Assembly: GCF_009914755.1 (NCBI RefSeq)
Contig: NC_060931.1
Strand: one strand, 5' to 3'
Length of the DNA: 64,000 nt
From: the human T2T-CHM13v2.0 reference genome, Homo sapiens
The notes beneath the pieces are model-generated. The model had not been told where the DNA came from, did not search any database, and saw only the letters and a program-made list of their open reading frames with translations. Below, piece by piece: positions 1 to 12,356 of the stretch. Made by a program: the position numbers and the translations under genes. How positions within the stretch are numbered: the first letter of the stretch is position 1; the number at the start of each line of letters is the position of its first letter.

Positions 1-354
1 TCTGTTATTTCTTTTTAACTTTGATTCCTACAGAAATTACTACTGGGATCTTATTTCTTCTCTGGGGTGGACATTTTGTTGTTGTACCTATTCAGTCTCA
101 CAAATTCTCCATGTGTTTTTATCCAGTGAAATTCATTTCCTAAAGATTTGTATCAGCTAAAGCAAAGAACTTTTTGAGAACCTTTTTTGGTTCACAGAGC
201 AGCCAGGTCTACTGGGGGAGTAGAAAGAAGAGATTCTATACTGTGTTCTGTTGTAACTGCTTTCCAACCTCCCAGCGGAAAAGGCAGATAATACTATGTA
301 AAAATTAGAATTGATTTTGGTTTCCGTTGCTTCCTCCTAATCTCTCAGCCTAAA

Positions 355-2260
355 TTCATTCATTTAAGTTGACAACTAAATATCGTGTGCCTGTTGTGTG
401 CCAAGCGCTGTTCCAAGACTTAGGATACTGTAGCCACCAAATTAGATAGAGATCCCTGCCATTTTGGAACTCTTATTCTCACAAGTGAAGACAATAAGCA
501 ATAAGCATGATAAATAAGTGAACTATGTATGTGAGAAAGTAGTAAGTGCTAATGTTAAGTGTTACAGAAAAAGAAAATGTGTGTCAGAAAAGGGGTGGGG
601 GCCACATGGTCATAATTTCAAATTGGGTGGTCAGGATAGGCTTTGTTCACAAGACAATTTTTGAAGAAAGACTTGAAGAAGGTGAGGGAATTATTCATGC
701 AGAAATCAGAGGGACAAGTGTTTCAGGTAAAGGGAATGGTCAGCACCATCCCTAAAGTGGGAATGGGCCTGGTGTGTTCCAGGGACAGCAAAGAGGACAG
801 TGAGGTGGTGTGGTAGGAGAGGAGGCTGGAGGGACCAGATCATGTGCAGCCTTTGTGCAGACATTTGCTCATTTGCTTTTCCTCTGGGTGAAATGGGGAA
901 AGCCATTTTGAATGAAGGAATGACATGACTTTACCTTTTAAAACGATCACGGGTTACTCTTTTGAGAATAGACTATAGTGGGGGTCAGAGGTAAAAATGG
1001 GCAGTCCAGTTTAAGGGTTACTCAGAGAAGCAATTTAGCAATACAGTAATTCCCTCCTTATCCATGGAGGATGTGTTCTGAGACTCCCAGTGGTTGCCTG
1101 AAACTGCAGATAGTACTGAACCCTGTACTATGAAAAAATGTTGTGTTTTCCTATACAATAACAGGCAGGCAGCATATGCAGCATGGATGTGCTGAACAAA
1201 GGGATGAGTTACGTCCCATGCAGGATGGAGAAGGATGACCCAGGATTTCATCACACTACCCAAAACAGAGTGCAATTTAAAACTTGTGAATTATTTCTGG
1301 AATTTTTTATTTAATATTTCAGACTGTGGTTGATTGCAGGTAACTTAAACTGCAGACAGCAAAACTGCAGATTACTGTAATTCAGGTAAGAGATGATGAT
1401 AGATTGTACCAAAGTGGTAGTAGTGGTGAGAAATGGTCTTATTCTGGATATATTTCAAATGTTGAAACAATAGAATTTCCTAACAAAATGGACATGATAT
1501 GTGAGAGGAAGAAGGGAATTTAGAATGACTCTAGTAGTTTTGGCTCGAGACACTGAAAGGGTGGAGTTGAGATGGGGAAGGCTGTGGGGTGAGATGGGAA
1601 AGGTTTGTGAAGGATAAGAGTAAAGTTTGGGACATGTTGAGTTTGAGATGCTGTTAGAGATCTAAGTGGAGATATTAAGTAAGAAGTTGGGTATGAATCT
1701 GGGGTTCAGGAGAGAAATCTGGGCTGAAGTTACAAAATTAGGAGTTGTCAGCATGAAAATGTTACTTTAAAGCCAGAAGACTGGATAAAGTCACCAAGGG
1801 AGTAAGTTTAGAAAAGAGATGAGGACCAAAAACTGAGTGCTGGATATTGTAACTTTTAGGAAGTTTGGGAGAAGAGAAGGAACCAGCAAAGAATACTGAA
1901 AAAGAGCCTGCAGTGAGGTAACAGGAAAAGCAGTAGAATGTGGTATCCTAGAAGTCAAGCAAAAAAAGTTTCAAGGAAGACTGAATGATCAGCTGTGTCA
2001 AATGCTGCTCACAGATCAAGTCAGCTGAGAGCTGAAAATTAGCCCATTGATGGAACCATGTGAAGATCATTGTGATCTTGGGCAGCTTCTGTAGAGTGGC
2101 AGAGGCAAAAGCTAGACTGGGATGGATGTGTGAGAGAAAGGAAAAAAGAAGAGTTGTAAAGAGCATATATAGAGAACTCTTCGGAGAAGCTTTGCTGCTA
2201 AGAGGAGCAAAGAAACGGAAGAAAATGCTGGCATGAAAGTGGGGTCAAGAGATAGTTAAT
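355..2260 (-). mobile_element. L2 LINE 3' region (interrupted by MER44)
   Basis: attcattcatt...gtgccaagcgctgttcc is the reverse of the L2 3' end. L2-typical motifs (gttgagtttgagatgctgttagagatctaagtggagat; tgtgtcaaatgctgct) continue to ~2260. Confidence 0.85.
1044..1377 (-). mobile_element. MER44 (TcMar-Tigger non-autonomous element)
   Basis: Termini CAGTA...TACTG are flanked by TA duplications (1042-43, 1378-79). The internal sequence resembles the reverse of the MER44 consensus (ctggaattttttatttaatatttc). Confidence 0.85.
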
Positions 2261-2604
2261 TTTTCTTGATTTGATGTATATTGTTGTCCTCTATTATTGA
2301 TCTGGACCCTAATCTTTGTTCTTTCTTTACAAAGCTGTTATTTCTTACTGGCCACTGTTTGTTTTTTTGTTTTTTTGTTTTTTTTTTTTTTTTTTACCAG
2401 ATCAGACAACCAATTAAGGTTTTATTTGAATATTTAACCCAACTATTGGTGTTCCTAGATAGCTATAGTTGCTGCTCTGTCTTCCTAAAATTTACTACCC
2501 TTTGTACCTTCAGTTCCCCACTCATCTTACATGAGAATCTCAGGCTTAGACTGGAATAATTTGGCAGTATAGGGCAAAAATGATGCTGATGCTGTAAATG
2601 CTTA

Positions 2605-2850
2605 TTATTATAACACTTGTGTATCATTTACTATGAGTCAGGCACCATTTGAAGCGCTTTACATCCATTTACTCACTTAATCTTTACAATACCCTATGAA
2701 CTAGGTATAATTATTATCTGCATTTTACAAATAAGGAAATTGAAGCAGAGAAAGATCAAGTAAATAGTTTTTCTTTTTTAAAAAAAAAACTAATAATCAT
2801 GGAGCTGGGATTAAAATTCTGACGGTTTAGCTCCAGAGGCCATGCTTTTG
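2605..2850 (-). mobile_element. MIR SINE
   Basis: Reverse MIR core cattttacaaataaggaaattgaagcagaga, with flanking MIR motifs. Confidence 0.8.
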
Positions 2851-3785
2851 AAGCAACTGGAGAATTTTAAGAGCAGGCAGTTAGCTAGAGAGATTTCATT
2901 TTACATAATATAGGAATTTGCTTGAGTGAATGGGTTATGTTTTTGGAGAAACAGGATAGAATACAGGAGCTGATTGGTCATTTCCTTAGATTTACTAGCC
3001 TATACATTAGTGGGCTGTGCTCAGCCCACAATCCTGGAAGGATGTGGTGGAACATTCTTAAATGATGACTTTTTTTTTAAAGGCTGTATTTCCTCAAGTT
3101 TCATGAATTCCTTTTTAAGTCAACAAGTAAATATTAAGCACCTACTCTTTGCATAAGAGGAAAAAAATTTAACTCCTTCCCTCTATATGTTTATTTTCCT
3201 GTGGGAAGCTGATTTGTTTATCACACAGGCTATAGAATCATTTGGAAACTAAAATAGAAAGGGCTTTGCATGTGAATGTAATATTTTACTATTTTTTAAA
3301 AGGATCCTTAAAATTTCTATGTCTTTAGAGATGAGGTGTGAACTAAATGATTCTTTGTTAAGTGTTATTTCTTAGAGCACTGGTGAGCAGTTGCCACTGA
3401 ATCCTTCATTAATAATCCCTTCCTTTTCCAGAAGGACTTGCCAACACCCGTAAAGTATTCACTGGGAGAATTAAAGTCATATAAAAATAATTGGTGTTTG
3501 CTTCCTTCAAGGCATACATTTAAATACATTGCTCTATTTCTCTGTTCCTTGGCTGCCTCCTATGTTTAGTAACACTAGATCAGCAGACTTCCTCTTTCAA
3601 GGTTCAGCTGCTGGCCATTACGATTTCCCATGAGAAAGCAAACCTACCACTGTTTTACCCTTTTATCTTAATGTTTCATCCATTTGTGTCATATTATCTT
3701 GTGGGTTTGCATTTCTCAGTAGTAATAGCACTGCTGGTAAATAGAAAACAATGAATGTGATTATGTACCCCTGGCCGTCGTCGCC

Positions 3786-3813
3786 ATCATCATCATCATC
3801 ATCATCATCATCA
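3786..3813. repeat. (CAT)n microsatellite
   Basis: About 9 perfect CAT units preceded by CGT variants. Confidence 0.95.
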
Positions 3814-4137
3814 TTTGAGCCCTTTAAAAATTCCTATTGTAATCTCAGAGGAGTGGTTATCTATGATAGTAGACTATCCGTGGTTTCATTTTAAAAGGGA
3901 TGTGTACAGTATTTTCATGTGAATTACTTTTAATGCCTTGGTGACAATTTTGCCATTCACCACTGAGTTCAGCTATGAACATTCCACCACTGGTCTACTT
4001 ACTCCATCCTCAACTTTTTTACCTGAGCGTTTTTTAGAAAGTCATATATAAATTTATGCTGTATTCATGGCCTGCAGTTTCATGTGTATTTGGCTGTAAC
4101 TTGTAATGACTAATATATATTGGGAGTTAGAACTGAA

Positions 4138-4310
4138 AATAATAGCTAACATTTACTGGGAGTCTTTCTCTGTGCCGGGCATTGTGATGAGCCCCATTAC
4201 AAGCATCTAATTTAATCCTAATCTCTCAGAAAGCACATGCTATATTTTCTGCATTGAAAGGAAAGGGAATGAAGGCCCAGACTTTGACTTTGCTCAAGAT
4301 ACATGATACT
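4138..4310 (-). mobile_element. MIR fragment
   Basis: aataatagctaacatttactg...tgtgccgggcattg is the reverse of the MIR 3' end. Confidence 0.65.
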
Positions 4311-6812
4311 TGCCATGTCATGTCCCCTTTCAGAGTGTCCCTTTCTATGATCAATGGTTTAGTTTGCCACTCTGTGTGTATTTCTCTTTTCTTTAAAATA
4401 CGACATTGTTTAATGGGCTGTTAAACAAATATATCGCTAGATAGTAGAGTTGCCTGGGAATGAGTCCTGAGTGTTTCTTCAGTTTCCTTGTCCTATGTGG
4501 AAGGATATGATAAAACAGGCACACTCCAGAGCTGTTGTGTTCTTTTCTGTCTTCTCTCAACCTGTTTCCAAGCCAGTGACCCAGCTGGACTCTCAGTTTC
4601 CTAATCACCACCTAGACTCTGTCATTATTAAAAACAACACAATTTGGTCAAGATTATGGCTTTTAATTGGGATGTGGAAAGAAACTCAAGTTGAAGAAAT
4701 GTTGCCAGGATCATTGGGGAATGAATAGCCACTTGATGCAAGAGGGAAAGCTGTGAAGAACACTAGCTCTCTTATTATGTGGTGTCCAGGCAAAGGGGAG
4801 TTATGCTCTTACTATTTCATTTCATTTCATTTTTTTGAGAAATTATTATTGCAGAACCATTGGCTTCCTTTCTTTCTCAACTGTAGCTGTAATGTTTTAT
4901 TTGTGCATGTGTACTTTTGAGAGAGTATTGGTCTCTGAAGAGGGAGTTAGAAAAGGAAAGTATTTGAAATGGAAATATCTTAAAATTATGTGTCTTTCCA
5001 ATTGTACATTGGACTTCTTTAGGATTTAGAAACAAAATGGAAAATAAAAAATCACAAATACCTTCTTTTCAAACTAGAAAACATTGTACTGTATAGTGAA
5101 GAATTAGTTGAAAGACAGTAGATCTTACATTTCATTGCAGAGTGTTCCAGACATTGATCAAATGGCAAGGAAAAGCAAATATTAACTTTCTTTTCCTCCC
5201 CACCTTCTCACAATGGCTGGGCAATACTTTTGTATTCCTGTTTGGAGGATTTAATGGCCTTGTTAACATGTGTAAAAACCCTGTGATTGAAGACTTTAAC
5301 AAAATAGTGAGTAGAGGTTTTTTTTGTTTTGTTTTGTTTTGGTTTTTTAGGTTCCATGTTTATGTTCTTACTGGGTGTGTGTCTTTCCTAGTGCTCTAGG
5401 TTAAGAACTAAATGTGTTAGAAAAAACAGATGTAATGCAAATAAATAGAAGAGTTCTCATTTCCTTCAGTGAACAGAGCTCTGAGTTCCTGAGCAGTAAT
5501 TTTACAGTACCTTCTCACCATATCAGAAGAATTTGTGCTGAACCCAGCTGCTTTTCTCTGAGTTTTGTTGTATCATAACTGATTAACAATTGATAGGGCC
5601 AGACAGCAATTCACCTACATATGGTAGGGGGTCGCAATGCACCAACATAGTGTAGAGACCGCTCTTGCCAACAATTAATTGGGGAATTCACTTTATGAAG
5701 CCCTGTTTACAGACTGACATCTGGAGAAATTCTTAACCTGGATCCATTCCAATCTGTAGGATTTATGGACTGTGCTTGCTTTTTTGTAAATAGAACTCTT
5801 TTTCTGCTTAGTACATTGTGTTTACATAATTATCAATGGATGAAAATGGCTATGTTTCTGTAATTTCTTAATTCTCGCCACCAAGTGAGTCTAAATTCTA
5901 ACCAGCAATCCAGCTAAAAGAATACTTGGACACCTATCATTATTCAAGTTGTGGAAACATCTTAATACTAGGAGCACCCTGCTCTCTTAAATCCCGACTC
6001 TCTGACTGGAGCCCTTATACCCTAAGGGACTTAGTGTTCAGCCTTTACGGGGGTTTTAAAACTTGTTGAGACACATGCTGGACCTCTTAAAATGTATTAG
6101 ACTCTCTTTTATTCACACGCTTTATCTCTGCTCTGAGGTGTGAAATGGAAATATTTTCATACATGGGTACATGCATAGTCTTAAACACGCTTTCAGTTCC
6201 CACCATGTTGTGGGGATCAAAGTTGGTTATCAGGCAGCGGAACTGAGCTCCATACATTTCGCGGGGCATCCTATTGGACACACACTACAGTGACCTTCAC
6301 CTGCCCCTCTGCAGCTGAACACTGTTGTCTCTGTCAATGTGGTCAGCATTGTTTCTGCAAAAACAGGGAGAAAGAAAAGTCATGGGATGGATTTACAAGG
6401 AACGTAGAAAACTGAATATCATATGTTGGCACTGGAAACCTAAGACTATATAGAAAGGCATTTTTTTCTGCTGCTTTGCTGAGTTTGCAACTGTAAAATT
6501 ATACCTGGTTAAGGGGGTTTTGCCTCTATATGACAACACAGTGAAGAGTAGAGTAGAAATGGAAATGAGAGAGAAATGGACATAAGTCTTCCAGTCTTAC
6601 CTAGAGAGCAACAGCAGCATTGAATGGTGTCAACCTGATTCACCATGCTGTATTAAGAGCACAGTAAGCAAAATGTTCCATTCCCAAGGGCTTTATTTCC
6701 AAGATGTGCTTTGATGAGGTCTGTGCCTGTTGTATTTATTAAGAATCTCCTATATATATGTTATTCTGGAAAATGTCTGCTCAGTGAGTGCCTTTGAAAA
6801 CCCAATTTCATA

Positions 6813-8118
6813 AGACCACACATCTACAACCATTTCATCTTGGACAAACCTGAAAAAAACAAGCAATGGGGAAAGGATTTAATGGTGCTGGGAAAACTGG
6901 CTAGCCATACGCAGAAAACTGAAACTGGACCCCTTCCTTAGACCTTACATAAAAATTAACTCAAGATAGATTAAAGACTTAAATGTAAAAACCAAAACCA
7001 TAAAAATCCTAGAAGAAAGCCTAGGCAATAGCATTCAAGACATAGGCATGGGCAAAGACTTCATGACAAAACCGCCAAAAGCAATTGCAACAAAAGCCAA
7101 AATTGACAAATGGGATTTAATTAAACTAAAGAGCTTCTGTGCAGCAAAAGAAGCTATATCATCGGAGTAACAGGCAATGTACAGAATAGGAGAAAATTTT
7201 TGCAATCTACCCATCTGACAATGGTCTAATATCCAGAATCTACAAGGAACTTAAATTTATAAGAAAGAAACAACCCCATCAAAAAGTGGGCAAAGGATAC
7301 AGACAGACACTTCTCAAAAGAAGACATTTATGCAGCCAACAAACATGAAAAAAAGCTCAACATCACTGATCATTAGAGGAATGCAAATCAAAACTACAAT
7401 GAGATACCATCTTACACCAGTCAGAATGGCAATTATTAAAAAGTCAGGAGACAATAGATGCTGGTGAGGCTGTGGAGAAATAGGAACACTTTTACACTGT
7501 CGGTGGGAATGTAAATGAGTTCAACCATTGTGGAAGACAGTGTGGCGATTCCTTAAGGATCTAGAACCACAAATACCATTTGACCCAGAAATCTCATTAC
7601 TGGGTATATACCCAAAGGAATATAAATCATTCCACTGTAAAGACATATGCATGTGTAATTATTTACAATAGCAAAGACATGAAACCAACCCAAAACCCAT
7701 CAGTGATAGCCTGGATAAAGAAAATGTGGTATGTATACACCATGGAATACTATGCAGCTATAAAAATGAATGAGATCATGTCCTTTACAGGAACATAGAT
7801 GAAGCTGGAAGCCGTCATCCTCAGGAAACTAACACAGGAACAGAAAACCAAACACCACATGTTCTCACTTATAAGTGGGAGTGGAACAGTGAGAACACAT
7901 GGACACAAGGAGGGGAACAACACACACTGGGGCCAGTCATGGGGTTGGAGGCAAGGGGAGGGAGAGCATTAGGACAAATAGCTAATGCAAGTGGAGCTTA
8001 AAACCTAGATGGCAGGTTGATAGGTGCAGCAAACCACTATGGCACACATATACCTTTGTAACAAACCTGCATATTCTGCACTTGTATCCTGGAACTTAAA
8101 GTAAAATAAAAAAAAAAA
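6813..8118 (+). mobile_element. 5'-truncated L1PA (about L1PA8-10): ORF2 3' end, 3' UTR, poly(A)
   Basis: Typical L1PA ORF2 end and 3' UTR, with a poly(A) tail to ~8118. Degenerate TSD AAAACCCAATTTCATA (6797-6812) / AAAACCCAACAATTTCACA (8115-8133). Confidence 0.93.
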
Positions 8119-8174
8119 CCCAACAATTTCACAGAAATGTTGGCTTTCCAAGATGGCCCCTGAGCACAGAACAG

Positions 8175-8177
<3 letters not shown>

Positions 8178-8220
<43 letters not shown>
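8178..8220. repeat. (CA)n microsatellite
   Basis: About 21 perfect CA units. Confidence 0.97.
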
Positions 8221-8222
<2 letters not shown>

Positions 8223-8278
8223 ATATATGTGTGTGTGACTATTGATACATATAATTGTAGATATATAATTGATATATA

Positions 8279-8280
<2 letters not shown>

Positions 8281-8327
<47 letters not shown>
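8281..8327. repeat. (TATC)n tetranucleotide STR
   Basis: About 11 perfect TATC units. Confidence 0.97.
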
Positions 8328-8981
8328 ATATAATTAGTCAAAAAAATTCCCACCATCATACCTTTACCAATTGGGTGCTCTTGAGGAAAAGTTAAGTCCA
8401 AGTGAGGGCAGACTAAGCCCTTTGGTCTGAAGTCCAGTGTGGAAGAAGAGAGGTCATGGAGGATGGATCAGAGGAAGTGCAGTCCCACTTTTTCTCCATA
8501 ACTTTTTGCATTTTGTCTCCATTGTAGCCCTTGTGTAAGTCCTTGTCTGTGTTTATCCATGATTCTTCCTCGCTATACCTCCTATTCTGGTTTACGTTCT
8601 TCTTACTGCTAATATATTTTGTATGATTTACTATTTTGTCATTTACACCTTTTGTAAATCACCTCTAATGTCTTGTGTAGAAGTGCATACACAGAAAGAT
8701 AAAATATGTTATGATCCATTCTCTCTCCTCCCCTTTGCTTTTAATCCTGTCTCCCTCTCTCCTGCCCATCCCCCTTCCTTCTATTCTTCCATTTTGCCAA
8801 AAACTTTCTAAATACTCAGCCAGTATTGCTACACAAGCATACAGCAGATGCCTGGCTTTTTATAGCTTACATTCTCCTTGGGCTAGAAAAAAATATTTGA
8901 AACAACTGGAAAACTAACAGAGTAGAGAATTATCAGAAAATTTATACATGTCTATGTACCTATGTGCATATATATGAATCA

Positions 8982-9001
8982 TCTCTCTCTCTCTCTCTCT
9001 G

Positions 9002-9046
<45 letters not shown>
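8982..9046. repeat. Compound (CT)n-(CA)n microsatellite
   Basis: A CT run followed by about 22 CA units. Confidence 0.97.
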
Positions 9047-9051
<5 letters not shown>

Positions 9052-10194
9052 ATTTCTCCAAATGAATATATTTATAGAGTCTCTGAGTCTGAGGGAAGCT
9101 TCATATTTAAGATAGTGCGATATTCTTTTCAAAGGACCCATTCCTCACACTGCACATGAATTATAAACCATTGAAATGAAATCTCAAAAAAACACTTTAT
9201 TCATCAAGTAAATCTTGATCAAAAGAAAAATGTCACTGGTGTATATTTTTGAGGTTTCTGCTGTTTTTAATTCTTAGTGGCAATTCAGGTCATGCAAACA
9301 GAAGATTCTTTGGCAAGTCAGAACAAGGTCTGTGGTCATTTGTGATTCTCTTAATGTGTCTCCTTGCCTGATTCCTCTTAAATATATGAAGAAAAAAAGA
9401 AGAAAAGATTTTCTCCTCTGTGAAGGAGTGGGACACTCTCATCCAATACCCAGTTTATTACAAAGGTCACTATTGCAAGAAAATAAACCAGCAAAGTCTT
9501 CAAATATACCCACAGAACAGCTTGCCAGCCCTCTGGATTTTCTGTATCACTGAAAGGAAGGACTAGTTAGGACGGCCAACTCACAAGCAAATCCATTAAG
9601 ATCTTCCTGCAAAAAAAAAATGTGTTATTGAGAAAGCCCTGGTGCGATAGGAAGGAGGGGAACCTGCACTAGCTCTGGGACATTTGTGGCATCAGTTCCC
9701 CTCTCTGAGCCTCTGTCTTGATATCTACTACATGAAAGTGATTAAACCTAAAGCTACAGTTCTTTGATTCCACCAAAAAAATGGTGCAGAAAGTGCATGT
9801 ATACCAAAAAAAAAAAAAAACAAAACAAAAACAAATAGAAGGCAGGAGGTGATAAAATGCACGGTGTGCTGAGCGTGATGCTAGGTTTACATGATCTCAT
9901 GGCATGCTCACAGTCGGCCTCAGCATCACCCCCTCTTTAAAGATGGGGCAACTGATGATCTGCCTCGGGTCCTACAGCTAGGTGCAGCTTGGTCCACTAC
10001 TGTGATAACTTGAACTCCACTGTTCAAGACTTAAGCCTTGTTCTTTGCCTTCTCTCCTTCAGGGGCCTCTCTGTTCACTCCCCACTTGGCTTCACTTTTG
10101 ATAGAGGAGAAGAGAAACTCCTGGAAACAATTGTAAAATATTGGAAAATCTAAGAGTTTATGGGAAAAAAAAAAAAACCTTCTTTAAAAAAATT

Positions 10195-10605
10195 TCCCCA
10201 GTGTAATCATAAGAAGGACATCAGACAAATTCCAATAGAAAAGTATCATGCAATATACCTGACCAGTACTCCTCAAAACTGTCAAGGCTATCGAAAACAA
10301 AGTGTGAGAAATTATCATGACCAAGAAGAGCCAAAGGAGACGTGACAATGAATGTTATGAAGTATTCTGGATAGCATCCTGAAAAAGACAAAGGACATTA
10401 AGTAAAAATGAAAAAACCTGAATAAACTGTGGACTTTAGTTAATAATAATGTATCAATATTGGTTCATTAGTTGTAACACATGTACCACACTAATGAAAG
10501 ATATTAATAGGGGAAGCTATGCAGAGGATATATAGGAATTCTCTGTACTAGCTGATAAATTTTTCTGCACATCTGAAACTATTCTAAAAAATAAAATCTA
10601 TTAGA
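10195..10605 (+). mobile_element. Old L1 3' UTR fragment (L1MC/L1MD-type)
   Basis: ctgaccagtactcctcaaaactgtcaagg; ttagttaataataatgtatcaatattggttcatt; ends in aaactattctaaaaaataaa. Confidence 0.8.
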
Positions 10606-10813
10606 GAAAAATTTTTTTACCGTTACCCAACAAGAAAGAACATTTGTCACAGTTGGGCAAAAACTATGCTTTCAAACTTATGATAATAACACCATAGGAT
10701 ATTCTGGTAGTAGTATTGTAAGATAAGACATCTGGCAGTGTTAAATGCCTCTAGGAAGTTTGAAAATTACAATACTGTATGCAGAGAAGCTTTCCGTGAG
10801 CCTTAGATTAGGC

Positions 10814-11026
10814 CAGGGTTGCCAAACTACTTATGGCCCACAGGCCAAACCTGGCCCAACACCTGTTTTAGTAAATAAAGTTTTATTGGAACACAGCCAG
10901 TGCTCATTCACATTTATGTATTGACTATGGCTGCTTTTGCACTATGACAGCAAAATGGAATAGTGGTACCAGAGACCAGATGGCCCACAGAGTCTAAAAA
11001 ATATTTACTATCTGGCCAACCCCCTG
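10814..11026 (+). mobile_element. MER58A (hAT-Charlie MITE)
   Basis: CAGGG...CCCTG termini; internal gtaaataaagttttattggaacacagcca; 8-bp TSD gattaggc (10806-13) / gtttaggc (11027-34). Confidence 0.9.
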
Positions 11027-12086
11027 GTTTAGGCTATTTGAATTACAAAGTAGGTTTTGAGGCAAGCTAGCTAAGAGGCCCAATTCACCTGGGGTAGAAT
11101 CAAATATTGGAACCCAGCAGATCAAGTAGCAGGAGAGATATTAGGCAGGGCTTGAGTAAAATAGATTAGCCAACTCCCTAGGTGGCCATCTGGTTAAGGT
11201 TTTCAGGCACTTTTCTCTTTGCTGGAGAGCTGTCTTTGGCCCCAGGGATATATCAGTTTGTTTGAAACCTACCCTGCCTATCCCCCACCTTAGGGACTTT
11301 ATCTTGACCTGTTTATCCTACTCTTCTTTTGGTGTTCCTGACTTTGGCCTGAAAATAGTCAGTGAAATTTTCTACTTAAATAAATTTTTGGCTGGCTAAT
11401 GATTGCTATATGTATGAATATGTTATCAATGTGGAAAAGTCAAATTTTTACAGTGAGGTTTAGTTAACACAAAGGGCCATATACATAATTTGATTGTCAG
11501 CAATTCAGTCATAGGCCCCATAATAAAGTGCCTCAAAGACATTCTTTTTAACATCCATTGATGTAGTCTCCAATTTATAAATGGTTGGTTCTATGCTGAT
11601 TGTTCAAAATTCATTATATATGCTTCATATTTTATAATTTCACGAGTTAGTTTTCCAGATTAGTCCAGAAAAGTTTTTAAAGTAATAACTTAATTGTAAT
11701 AGGGCTCAATAATAAAACTATCACATATAACAGCAATATTCCATTGTAGAAATGCATCTAGAGTTCTGACTCAAGATGCCAGATTCCCTTAATTATATTC
11801 CACCTAGCAGTGGTGAGGGGAACCTAGACATCCTGCGCTGGTGGGAGAGAGAGATTGTTCTGAACACCATGACCACTAGAGAGAGAGCTGCCACATTTAG
11901 TCACTAGATGTATGACTAGAAAGAATGAACATAAGTTGGGAAAGCCCATTTTGTTGCCACAAGGAGTTTGCTGGTATTTGAACCTTAGATAAATAGGAAT
12001 TTGCTGTATTATTATTTTTAACCCTAATTCTACATATCACATTAATTAAGTTAGATCATATCTAACTTAATTATTAGTTAAGTAGT

Positions 12087-12356
12087 TAGTGCTACTCAAA
12101 GTATCGCCGGAAGACTGGCATCTGTCTGCAAACTTTTTGTTACCTGACATTCACAAAGTGTTGAGAAACTTTTGTAGCAATTGAAAGGGCTTTTTTACGA
12201 CTGTTGAACCTAATTCTAAAAGGTGAAAGCTGATGTCTTATTCATTTAATTTTTCTACTAGTTCTTTTTATTCATTTCTGTTGCCTTTTACAAAAGTATT
12301 GGTTTAGATAGATTGGAAATTTGAAAAGCAAGTTTTTTTTTTTTGAGAAGCATTGC
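12087..12356. mobile_element. Degenerate hAT-Charlie-type MITE
   Basis: TIR-like ends agtgctactcaaa ... tttgagaagcatt; subfamily not resolved. Confidence 0.5.

Noticed and set aside
3432-3449. Possible 18-nt microexon after ccttccttttccag
   Set aside because: The donor CCC|gtaaag is too weak to support it without RNA data.
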